Source: Thermodesulfobacteriota bacterium (GTDB taxonomy: Bacteria; Desulfobacterota_D; UBA1144; Nemesobacterales; UBA2774). Taken from it: a stretch of 64,000 bases of DNA. Below, piece by piece: positions 39,690 through 48,523 of this stretch (the first letter of the stretch is position 1; every line of letters starts with the position of its first letter). The position numbers were made by a program, and so were the translations under genes. The stretch spans positions 576,001 through 640,000 of the forward strand of contig OZ244197.1 in assembly GCA_965216785.1 (NCBI GenBank). Direction: 5' to 3'. The notes below the pieces were generated by a model that saw nothing but the letters and a program-made list of their open reading frames with translations, was not told the DNA's origin and did no database searches.

Positions 39690-42641
39690 ATGTTGAAGAG
39701 ATTTACAAACACATCCAAAAAACTATCACTTATACTCATAGCCGCCGCACTCACATACATTCTACTCGTATCGCCCTGGCCTGGAAGTCTGAAGAGTCCG
39801 GGCGGGGCCCAATCCCAAGCCCAAACAAACAATCTGAATATAACGCACGTCGTAATGCAGTACGTAAAGCGCTATTACGTCAACCAGGGGAATATAGAAC
39901 CGAAAGCTATGCTGATCGAGGGTCTCGGAACGCTTGAGAGAATACACGACCAGATACTCGTGGACTTTCCAAACGGGGAGGAGAGCGCGAGCTTTGAAGT
40001 CCAGGCAGTGGACGAGAAAGCGAGCTTTGATATGAGCCAGGTGGATGATCTGGATGACGTTACTAAAACGCTCGAGCAGGTCTTCGGATTTATAACTCCC
40101 CGCATATCGGACAAGGAACCAGAAATACAGGACGTGGAATACGCGGTACTTGACCAGATGCTTAAATCCCTGGATCAACACTCGGGAATAATTACCCCTG
40201 AGGTATATAAGGAGTTCATGATTGAAACAGAGGGGAGCTTCGGGGGACTCGGAATAGTGATCGGGATCAGGGACGGTGAGTTGACAGTAATTTCCCCGAT
40301 AGAAGGGACACCGGCTTACAGAGTGGGAATTAAGCCGAATGACAAGATCGTTCAGATAGAGCACGAATCTACAGTGAACATGTCGCTAATTGAGGCAGTG
40401 AGCAAGCTCAGAGGCCGTAAGGGTACAGACGTTACTATATATATAGATAGAGAGACCTTTCCCAAGCCTAAGGAATTTAGCATCACAAGGGACACGATCA
40501 AAATCGAGAGCGTAGAGACTTTCGATCTTGATGACGGGATAAGGTATGTGAGGATTAGGGATTTTCAAAAAAACACACTTGACAGCATTATTGAGAATTT
40601 GAATGACTCTCCTAACAGCCCGAGCGGTATGATCGTTGACCTAAGGGGCAACCCCGGAGGGCTGCTGGACCAGGCAGAGAGGATTTCGGACCTCTTTCTG
40701 ACAAGCGGAGTGATAGTTACTACAAAGGTGGGTAATTCCGCAAAACGCTACCATGCAAACGACAAGGACCACCAGTACGAGGGTAAGGTCGTTGTGCTGG
40801 TGGATTCGGGCTCGGCCAGCGCGTCTGAAATTTTGGCGGGAGCGCTTAAGAATAATGAGCGCGCCGTGGTGATAGGGGAGAGGACTTTCGGAAAGGGCTC
40901 TGTTCAGCAAATATTCGACATGACCGACGGCTCTGCCCTTAAACTCACAATAGCGCAGTACCTGACCCCGGGAGACATATCCATACAGGATGTGGGCGTG
41001 ACCCCGGATATCGTACTCCATCCCGCAATTATTACCGAGGACACGGTTGTATTCGATACTACCGCACCTAAACTTAGAAACAATAATGAGAAGAAGTCTA
41101 AAAAGAGCGAGCAGGAGCTTGAGAAACCGATTTATTCCATAAGGTACCTGGAAAGTAATTTTGTAGAGAACGATGACGAGGAACCTACACCTGAGGAAGC
41201 TTTAACCCGCGAGGAAAGGCTCGAGAAACTAAAGAATGATTTTTACGTATCTCTTGCAAAAGACATTCTACTTTCCTCAACCTCTCCTACCAGAGAGGAC
41301 TCCCTGGGCAAAATACAAGACAACATAGGCAAGATAACAAAGGACCAGGAAGATAAGATAGTAGATAAATGGCAGCTCATGGGAGTTGACTGGTCTACAT
41401 CTAAAACGAATGCCGGGAACTCGTCTGTATCAGTAAATGTTTTGCCGCCCCTCCCCACCGGAAAAGCAGGTGAGGAGCTTGAAGTAAAAGTAGAAGTGGA
41501 AAATACGGGTACCGAGCCGATCTACAGACTGCACGCAACGACTGATTCTGAGAACGTTATATTCGCGGGAAAAGAATTTATATTCGGCAAGCTCGCTCCG
41601 GGAGAAAAGAAATCCTGGACTACCACGGTAGAGCTGCCTAAATGGTCTCTCACCCGCCAAGACGGGATTACACTTGAGTTTATAGACGCAAACGACTCCA
41701 AGATAGGGGACTATGCTTTTAACGCTTCGATACAAGCGCTGCCGAGACCGCTTTACGCCTTTAATTATGAAATTGTGGATGACGGCAGATTAAGCTCGAG
41801 CGGCAACTCAAACGGGATAGCTGAGACCGGTGAGATGGTTACGCTGCTGCTTAGAGTTAAAAACATAGGTGACGGAACTTCAGAAAAAACGGTTTTATCA
41901 TTAAAAAACGAATCCGGTGAAAACATATTTCTCGATAAGGGCCGGGTCGAGCTCGAAATGCTTGAGCCCGGGGAGACAAGGGAAGCCGTATTTTCCTTCC
42001 ATTTGCTTAAGCCCTCTAATCTGATTGAGATGGAGCTGCAGATTGTGGACGAGATATTCAGGGAAGGAATTATGAGTAATGTTTTGATACCGGGAAAAAT
42101 AAAGGATACAGCGTTTACGCCGGAAGAATCTTTTGTAGCGGTGCCGCAGGCGAGCACGCCTATTAGAGGGGGGAGCTATCAGCAAGCCCCTATCATAGCG
42201 ATCTCTCAGAAGGACGCGGTCTTTAAAGCAATCGGAACGAACGGTAATTGGGTAAAAATAGAGCTCGATGATAGTCTTACCGGCTGGATAAATAAAAATA
42301 AGGTGCAGCCCGCTCAGAGTTCTAACGGCAAAATAGATGCAAAGGCATTATATATAGAAACTTTTGAGACCCCGCCGATAATCAGCATCAGCAGCCCTCC
42401 TCTTTTTACGAGTACGGGGACTGTGACCCTAAGCGGGGATGTAAACGATAACGACGGGATAGAGCTCATATCGGTCTTCGTCGGAGACGACAAGGTAGCG
42501 CTGCTGCCGTCCTCTCAAACCAAGGTGCCGGTATCGCTGGAGCTTGAGCTGGACGAGGAAGTAAACCTGATCACGATTATTGCTAAAGATACCAAGGGGC
42601 TCCTCTCAAAACAGAGTTTTGTTGTCAGAAAAGAGGGCTGA
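39690..42641 (+). CDS. large S41 carboxyl-terminal processing protease (PDZ + S41 + Ig/CARDB-like + SH3-like domains; MXAN_5808-like architecture)
   Basis: FGGLGIVI, DLRGNPGGLL, SASASEI, TFGKGSVQ; N-terminal TM/signal; long beta-rich C-terminal extension. Confidence 0.9.
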   Translation: MLKRFTNTSKKLSLILIAAALTYILLVSPWPGSLKSPGGAQSQAQTNNLNITHVVMQYVKRYYVNQGNIEPKAMLIEGLGTLERIHDQILVDFPNGEESASFEVQAVDEKASFDMSQVDDLDDVTKTLEQVFGFITPRISDKEPEIQDVEYAVLDQMLKSLDQHSGIITPEVYKEFMIETEGSFGGLGIVIGIRDGELTVISPIEGTPAYRVGIKPNDKIVQIEHESTVNMSLIEAVSKLRGRKGTDVTIYIDRETFPKPKEFSITRDTIKIESVETFDLDDGIRYVRIRDFQKNTLDSIIENLNDSPNSPSGMIVDLRGNPGGLLDQAERISDLFLTSGVIVTTKVGNSAKRYHANDKDHQYEGKVVVLVDSGSASASEILAGALKNNERAVVIGERTFGKGSVQQIFDMTDGSALKLTIAQYLTPGDISIQDVGVTPDIVLHPAIITEDTVVFDTTAPKLRNNNEKKSKKSEQELEKPIYSIRYLESNFVENDDEEPTPEEALTREERLEKLKNDFYVSLAKDILLSSTSPTREDSLGKIQDNIGKITKDQEDKIVDKWQLMGVDWSTSKTNAGNSSVSVNVLPPLPTGKAGEELEVKVEVENTGTEPIYRLHATTDSENVIFAGKEFIFGKLAPGEKKSWTTTVELPKWSLTRQDGITLEFIDANDSKIGDYAFNASIQALPRPLYAFNYEIVDDGRLSSSGNSNGIAETGEMVTLLLRVKNIGDGTSEKTVLSLKNESGENIFLDKGRVELEMLEPGETREAVFSFHLLKPSNLIEMELQIVDEIFREGIMSNVLIPGKIKDTAFTPEESFVAVPQASTPIRGGSYQQAPIIAISQKDAVFKAIGTNGNWVKIELDDSLTGWINKNKVQPAQSSNGKIDAKALYIETFETPPIISISSPPLFTSTGTVTLSGDVNDNDGIELISVFVGDDKVALLPSSQTKVPVSLELELDEEVNLITIIAKDTKGLLSKQSFVVRKEG

Positions 42642-42656
42642 CCAAGGGTTCCGGGC

Positions 42657-43589
42657 TTGATATTAAAATTCATACTGAGCCGACTATTCACCGGAATTTT
42701 CGTCATAATCGCAGTAGTCACGATTACTTTTTTTCTGTTGAGAGCGCTTCCCGGAGGCCCCTTTGATACGGAAAAGAAACTACCCCCAGAGATACAAAAA
42801 AATATAGAGGCGAAGTATAATCTGAATGAGCCCGTATGGAAACAGTACCTACTGTACGTAAAAGGGCTTTCGAGCGGGGATTTCGGTCCGTCATATAAAT
42901 ACATTGACAGATCGGTTAACGATATCATAAAGGAGACGCTGCCGGTCTCGGCAGAGCTCGGGGTCATCGCGCTCATTTTGTCCATAGCGATAGGGAGCGT
43001 TTTCGGAATCTTATCGGCAACTAAGCCGAGCGGATTTTTAGACTTCCTTTCCGTGTCCGTTTCAACCGCACTAGTTTCGGTGCCGAGCTTTGTAGTCGGC
43101 GCTGTGCTTATATACGTGTTCGCGGTTAAACTGAGATGGCTTCCGGCAGCTCTTTGGGACGGTCCTAAGTACATCGTGCTTCCGGCGCTTACCCTTGCCG
43201 CAGGACCCGCAGCATATCTGGCGCGCCTCATAAGGGCGAGTATGCTCGAAACCTCAGGGGCGCTCTTCATAAGAACCGCCCGCGCAAAAGGCCTTAGTGA
43301 ATTTGTTGTAACGACAAGACATATACTGAGAAACGCACTTATTCCGGTAGTGACCGTAATGGGACCGATTACGGCTTTTCTGATTACAGGCTCCTTTGTG
43401 GTAGAGCACATATTCGCAATACCGGGAATCGGTAAATTTTTTGTGCTCGCGGTCTCAAACAGAGACTATCCGCTGGTAATGGGAATTACGATTGTATATA
43501 CGATCGTCCTGGTACTGGCCAACCTGGTAGTGGACCTTTGCTATGTGCTTCTCGATCCTCGGATAAAGTTTGACAAGGGCGGGATATAG
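42657..43589 (+). CDS. oppB: oligopeptide ABC transporter permease (OppB/DppB)
   Basis: LPGGPF, GDFGPSY, RTARAKGL, RNALIPVVT, LLDPRIK. Confidence 0.88.
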   Translation: MILKFILSRLFTGIFVIIAVVTITFFLLRALPGGPFDTEKKLPPEIQKNIEAKYNLNEPVWKQYLLYVKGLSSGDFGPSYKYIDRSVNDIIKETLPVSAELGVIALILSIAIGSVFGILSATKPSGFLDFLSVSVSTALVSVPSFVVGAVLIYVFAVKLRWLPAALWDGPKYIVLPALTLAAGPAAYLARLIRASMLETSGALFIRTARAKGLSEFVVTTRHILRNALIPVVTVMGPITAFLITGSFVVEHIFAIPGIGKFFVLAVSNRDYPLVMGITIVYTIVLVLANLVVDLCYVLLDPRIKFDKGGI

Positions 43590-43592
43590 CTG

Positions 43593-44330
43593 ATGAGAAA
43601 CATAAAGCTCGTAATAGAATATGACGGCTCTGAGTACCACGGGTGGCAGCGCCAACCCGACGGCCCTACAATTCAGGAAACGATCGAGAATTCGCTTAGT
43701 GAAATTACGGGCGAGGAAATTGTTATATACGGCTCGGGCAGAACCGATTCAGGTGTACACGCGTTAGGACAGGTAGCTAACTTTAATACACAAAGCGCAA
43801 TCACGGCAGAGGAATTTCAAAAGGGACTAAATTCGATACTCCCCAAAGATATAGTGATACTCGGCTCCGAAGAGGCCCATGCCGAATTCCATGCTCAGTT
43901 TTCCTCCAAAAGTAAGGAATATGTATATAAGTTGTTAAACCGTCCTTACGGATCGGCGCTTTTAAGAAAAAGGGTGTGGCACGTTCCTTACAGTCTAACA
44001 CTAGACTCTATGTGTGAAGCCGCAAGTGAGCTTATTGGTGAGCACGATTTCAGCGCTTTCGCTCAGGCAGGCACGGATGTGAAGAGTAAAGTTAGAACCG
44101 TAATCTCAGCTGAGTTCAACAGAAGCGGCAATGATATGATTGAATTTACGATCGAGGCGGATGGTTTTCTGAAACGGATGGTAAGACTGATCGTAGGGAC
44201 TCTGGTACAGGTGGGAAAGGGAAGACTGAGCCCCGTAGAGTTTTCCGATATATCAAATTCGGGGAATAAGAACAAATTTGTTCTAGCTGCTCCTGCTACC
44301 GGCCTATACCTTAAAGAGGTTAAATACTAA
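43593..44330 (+). CDS. truA: tRNA pseudouridine(38-40) synthase
   Basis: YDGSEYHGWQRQ, GRTDSGVHA, FLKRMVRLIVG. Confidence 0.96.
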   Translation: MRNIKLVIEYDGSEYHGWQRQPDGPTIQETIENSLSEITGEEIVIYGSGRTDSGVHALGQVANFNTQSAITAEEFQKGLNSILPKDIVILGSEEAHAEFHAQFSSKSKEYVYKLLNRPYGSALLRKRVWHVPYSLTLDSMCEAASELIGEHDFSAFAQAGTDVKSKVRTVISAEFNRSGNDMIEFTIEADGFLKRMVRLIVGTLVQVGKGRLSPVEFSDISNSGNKNKFVLAAPATGLYLKEVKY

Positions 44331-44388
44331 GGTAATATATCAGCCGTAATTTGACAGGCCTGTACATGAAAAACAAAGAGGTGAAGAA

Positions 44389-45147
44389 ATGAAATATGTG
44401 AGATTCAGCGACAATGGCTCGATTGCAAGATACGGAGTGCTTGAAGGAGATACAGTAAAGGAAATCGAGGGCGAGATATTTGGTGACCATAAAATCACGG
44501 ATAAAGCCTACATAAGAAGTGAGGTAAAGATACTTCCACCCTGCGAGCCTACGAAGATAGTGGCTATAGGTCTTAACTACAGTGATCACGCCGAGGAAAT
44601 GGGGAGCGAGCTGCCTGAAGAGCCCCGTATGTTTTTAAAGCCCCACACCGCGGTTATAGCAGACGGGGAGAAAATCGAATACCCTGACCACATGTCGCAG
44701 AGGGTCGATTTTGAGGGAGAGCTAGGAGTAGTAATAGGAAAGAAGGCAAGCTATGTAAATAAAAACGATGCCATGGACTATGTGTTCGGGTATACGTGCA
44801 TGAACGACGTTACGGCCCGCGATCTACAGAAAAAAGATATACAGTTCACACGGGCAAAGGGATTTGACACTTTCGCTCCCATGGGGCCCGTGATTGAGAC
44901 AGAGCTTGACCCCGGAGGGCTTGAAATCAGGACTAATCTTAACGGGGAGTTAAAACAGCACTCAAACACATCTCACCTGATTTTTAATGTTCCGCACCTA
45001 GTGAGCTTTATCTCTCAGGTGATGACGCTCCTTCCAGGAGATGTAATCTCAACGGGAACTCCCGAGGGGGTAGCTCCTATGAAAAAAGGGGATAAGGTTG
45101 AAGTAACGGTAGAGGGCATAGGAACTCTTACAAATTATGTAGATTAA
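44389..45147 (+). CDS. fumarylacetoacetate hydrolase family protein
   Basis: IGLNYSDHAEE, DFEGELGVVIG, NDVTARDLQ, RAKGFDTF, TGTPEGV. Confidence 0.92.
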   Translation: MKYVRFSDNGSIARYGVLEGDTVKEIEGEIFGDHKITDKAYIRSEVKILPPCEPTKIVAIGLNYSDHAEEMGSELPEEPRMFLKPHTAVIADGEKIEYPDHMSQRVDFEGELGVVIGKKASYVNKNDAMDYVFGYTCMNDVTARDLQKKDIQFTRAKGFDTFAPMGPVIETELDPGGLEIRTNLNGELKQHSNTSHLIFNVPHLVSFISQVMTLLPGDVISTGTPEGVAPMKKGDKVEVTVEGIGTLTNYVD

Positions 45148-45162
45148 TAAAAGCTTGGATTT

Positions 45163-47208
45163 TTAGGGTGTCGGCTGCCGCATTTCTAATATTGAGCGGG
45201 CTTCTTGAAGAGCACTGCCCTGTATACCTTTATTTATAGCTAATCTCGCCTGAGTTTTGGCTTTCTGTATATTTCCGAGCCGTGCGTATATTACTGCAAG
45301 CTTGAGATGAGACTCGGCTATAGCATCTTTTAAATCGACCGACTTTTCCAAATGCACCCGGGCAACCTCAAAAAATTGAGGATTTTGTTCCATCTCCCCT
45401 TTTATCAAATAAATACTCCCCAGTAGGTAATAGGCATAGGAGTGTTCGGGGTTTAGCTCGGTTACCCTGATTAAGTATTCCTCAGCGCTGTCGGGATCAT
45501 TTTTCTTAAGGGAAAAAAGAGCCATATTAAGATTAAATTTCCCTTTGTACTCAGGTTTTAGCGATAGAGCCGCTTTGAATGATCTCTCGGCGCTATCAAA
45601 ATCGCCCTCGTTTAAATAAAGCTGTCCGAGACTCTCTGCAGCCAGAGCTTTAGTCTTGTTATTGCCGTAGGTTTTGGGGCTGAGAGCATCGGTGTATTGA
45701 ACTATGGCTTCATCACTCATATTGGCAGTTATGAGAGCGTTTGCATAATTCATTTTAGGAACGATTTCTCTTGGAGATTTTGAGACTGCGTACTCCCACA
45801 AGCTGAGCTCATTTTTCCATATAACCTGCCCTTTTACAGTCATGAAAATAAAAGATAGACATAGAGCCGCTCCGAAAAGATATGAAAGCTTAACGCGGCC
45901 AAATCTTATGCCCGTATGAATGATTACATAACCTGCCAGGAGGCAAAAACCTGCCGAGGGTATGTAGAGGAACCTTTCGGCAAACCTGGTAATAGCCAGG
46001 GGGAAGATGGCAATCATAACAGCGGGACCTAGTGTGGCGAAGATCCAGAGTAAAGAGAACCCGGTTACGTTCTCTTTTTTCCTGACAGATACAATGGCGA
46101 CAACTATGAGCGCGGCAATAACTATGATTGATATCATTGTATAGAGCAGATCACCGCCGGGTATTGTTCCGATGAAGGGGTTTAGATCGAAAGGAAAAAC
46201 GAGCTTCTTAAGATAGAATAGATAGGAGTTCAGGAAGATTGTTACAACTTCCCCTATCTGAGATCCGGCACCTGAGCTCAGGTACTCGCGATTGCTCAGT
46301 ATATCCATAAAGCTCATACGTTTTTGGGACCTTAAAAAAAGATAAGTAACAAAAGCAAGACCGAGGATAAGATATTTAAACAAATTAAGCCTGCTTTTTA
46401 TCCTGCGGCTGATAAGATCGAACCCGACTATAACAATAGGAAACGAAAGGGCTACCTCCTTGGATAGAAACGATAGATAAAAACTAATTGCCGCGGGCAC
46501 GATGTAGAGAAAACGCCTGTACGAGAGCAAGTAAAAAATAAAAGTCAGAAAGAAAAACACTGCCGCAAGAATATCGCCTCTCGCAGCTATAAACGAAACG
46601 GATTCTACGTGAAGCGGATAAAGCGCAAACAGCATTGATGAAAGAAACGCTACGGGATATCTGGCAGACACTTTGAACTCTTTTAAAACGAGAAGGAACA
46701 GGAAATACATAAGTATTGTAGATATGGAATACAAAATAATATTTGTCAGGTGAAAACCCAGAGGAGAGCTGCCCCAGAGCTTTGCGTCAATAATAATTGA
46801 ATACATGAATACCGGCCTGAAATATTTTTGTGTGTTTTTAGATTTGCGTTCCTTTCCATCTATCTTATTCTTGCGCGTTCTATTTTTTCTTTCTTTCTTA
46901 GATTTACTCGGAGAATCGAGATTGAGCCTGCGCCTTTCCTTTCTTTTTTTTCTAGCCTCGCTTCGGTTGCGATCCTGGGAAATTAAGTCTTTTATGCTAA
47001 GTTCTTGTCTCTGGAGCTGGTTGATGCGTTTTTTTATAAAGCTTATGTCGTCCCAAACAAAGTCGCTTGAGAGAGAGGGGACAAATACCGCAAACGAGAC
47101 AAGGAAGAGAAAGACTGAAACAAAAACGCAGTTATTAAAGAGGCTTTTGATTATATTGGAAGGGCTTTTTTCGATTTCATGTAAACCCTCTTTGTTTTTA
47201 CTATTCAT
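45163..47208 (-). CDS. TMTC-like (GT105/DUF1736) membrane O-mannosyltransferase with C-terminal TPR repeats
   Basis: FVWDD, YFRP, FHLTN, HVESVSFIAARGD, SKE, AERFLYIPS, WKNELSLW, then TPRs. Confidence 0.85.
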   Translation of the reverse strand: MNSKNKEGLHEIEKSPSNIIKSLFNNCVFVSVFLFLVSFAVFVPSLSSDFVWDDISFIKKRINQLQRQELSIKDLISQDRNRSEARKKRKERRRLNLDSPSKSKKERKNRTRKNKIDGKERKSKNTQKYFRPVFMYSIIIDAKLWGSSPLGFHLTNIILYSISTILMYFLFLLVLKEFKVSARYPVAFLSSMLFALYPLHVESVSFIAARGDILAAVFFFLTFIFYLLSYRRFLYIVPAAISFYLSFLSKEVALSFPIVIVGFDLISRRIKSRLNLFKYLILGLAFVTYLFLRSQKRMSFMDILSNREYLSSGAGSQIGEVVTIFLNSYLFYLKKLVFPFDLNPFIGTIPGGDLLYTMISIIVIAALIVVAIVSVRKKENVTGFSLLWIFATLGPAVMIAIFPLAITRFAERFLYIPSAGFCLLAGYVIIHTGIRFGRVKLSYLFGAALCLSFIFMTVKGQVIWKNELSLWEYAVSKSPREIVPKMNYANALITANMSDEAIVQYTDALSPKTYGNNKTKALAAESLGQLYLNEGDFDSAERSFKAALSLKPEYKGKFNLNMALFSLKKNDPDSAEEYLIRVTELNPEHSYAYYLLGSIYLIKGEMEQNPQFFEVARVHLEKSVDLKDAIAESHLKLAVIYARLGNIQKAKTQARLAINKGIQGSALQEARSILEMRQPTP

Positions 47209-47407
47209 ATCGAGTGTATTATTCCGGGCAACTTATATATTGTGTGGATAATTTATCTGCTCCGAAAGACTAATACCAATTAAATTGAAGACGCAACTCG
47301 AATCGATAAGAGTTTTGCCGACCAGCCTGTAAGCCAAATTATTTTACAACCACTGACCGGTGGGTAAAATACGGGACTTTAATAATGGACGAGAAAGGAG
47401 AATTAAA

Positions 47408-48481
47408 TTGCCTAAAGTACTGGTTTTGTCGGGAGACGGAATAGGGGTTGAAGTTACACAGGTGAGCCTTGATTTACTTGAAATAGTAGGCGAGAAGCAC
47501 GGAATAGAATTTGAGTTTGAGAAAGCTCACTTCGGAGGCTCTTCGCTTGACGCGCACGGTGTACCGGTAACTGAGGAGGTGCTGGAAAAAGCAAAATCCT
47601 CTGACGCCGTGTTAATGGGCGCCGTAGGGGGCCCGAAATGGGAATCTCACGAGCACGAGTTAAAGCCTGAGAGCGGGCTGCTCGCGCTTAGAAAAGAGCT
47701 CGACGCATTCGCTAACCTAAGACCCGCAGTTGTGTACCCGGCCCTTGCAGACGCATCGAGCCTGAAGAGAGAAGTTGTAGAAGGCACGGATATAATGGTC
47801 GTGAGGGAGCTTACCGGGGGCATATATTTCGGAAAACCAAGAGGCATCGAGGATATTCCCGGGGGCGGCAAAAAAGCATACAACACCCTAGTATACAATA
47901 CGGAAGAGGTGGAGAGGATCGCAAGAGTCGCATTTGATATCGCAAGAAAGAGGAAAAAGAGGCTGACCTCTATTGATAAATCAAACGTGCTTGAGGTAAT
48001 GCAGTTCTGGAGAGATATCGTAAGCAGGATTCAGGAAAACGAATACCCGGACATTGAGCTTGACCACCTGTATGTGGATAACGCAGCGATGCAGCTCATC
48101 AGAAGACCAAAGAGCTTTGACGTGATACTTGCGGGTAATATGTTCGGTGATATTATCAGCGACGAGGCAGCGCAATTGACGGGATCGCTGGGGATGCTGC
48201 CATCGGCGAGTATCGGGAAAGGAGCGATATACGAGCCTGTCCACGGGAGCGCCCCTGACATAGCGGGGCAAGACCTGGCAAACCCGATAGCTTCGGTTCT
48301 AACCTCGGCTATGATGCTCAAATATTCACTCAACCAGGACGAGGCCGCAAAGGAGCTCGAGCAGGCGGTTGAAGCTGTGCTTGAAAAAGGTTACAGAACG
48401 GCTGACATATACCATGAAGGAACAAAGAAAGTAGGTTGTGAGGAAATGGGGAGTCTCCTCAAGACTGAAATTAAGGCATAG
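47408..48481 (+). CDS. leuB: 3-isopropylmalate dehydrogenase
   Basis: GDGIG, RELTGGIYFG, NMFGDIISDE, EPVHGSAPDIAG; TTG start at 47408 after AAGGAG. Confidence 0.96.
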   Translation: MPKVLVLSGDGIGVEVTQVSLDLLEIVGEKHGIEFEFEKAHFGGSSLDAHGVPVTEEVLEKAKSSDAVLMGAVGGPKWESHEHELKPESGLLALRKELDAFANLRPAVVYPALADASSLKREVVEGTDIMVVRELTGGIYFGKPRGIEDIPGGGKKAYNTLVYNTEEVERIARVAFDIARKRKKRLTSIDKSNVLEVMQFWRDIVSRIQENEYPDIELDHLYVDNAAMQLIRRPKSFDVILAGNMFGDIISDEAAQLTGSLGMLPSASIGKGAIYEPVHGSAPDIAGQDLANPIASVLTSAMMLKYSLNQDEAAKELEQAVEAVLEKGYRTADIYHEGTKKVGCEEMGSLLKTEIKA

Positions 48482-48523
48482 AATGAATATTCTATTCTCT
48501 ATATTTCCGATACTATAAATCGC

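Noticed and set aside
42515-43411. 298-aa ORF antisense to oppB, and the many 60-200 aa ORFs overlapping gltB, mfd, the S41 protease and others
   Set aside because: They overlap well-supported genes on the opposite strand or in another frame and have no protein motifs.
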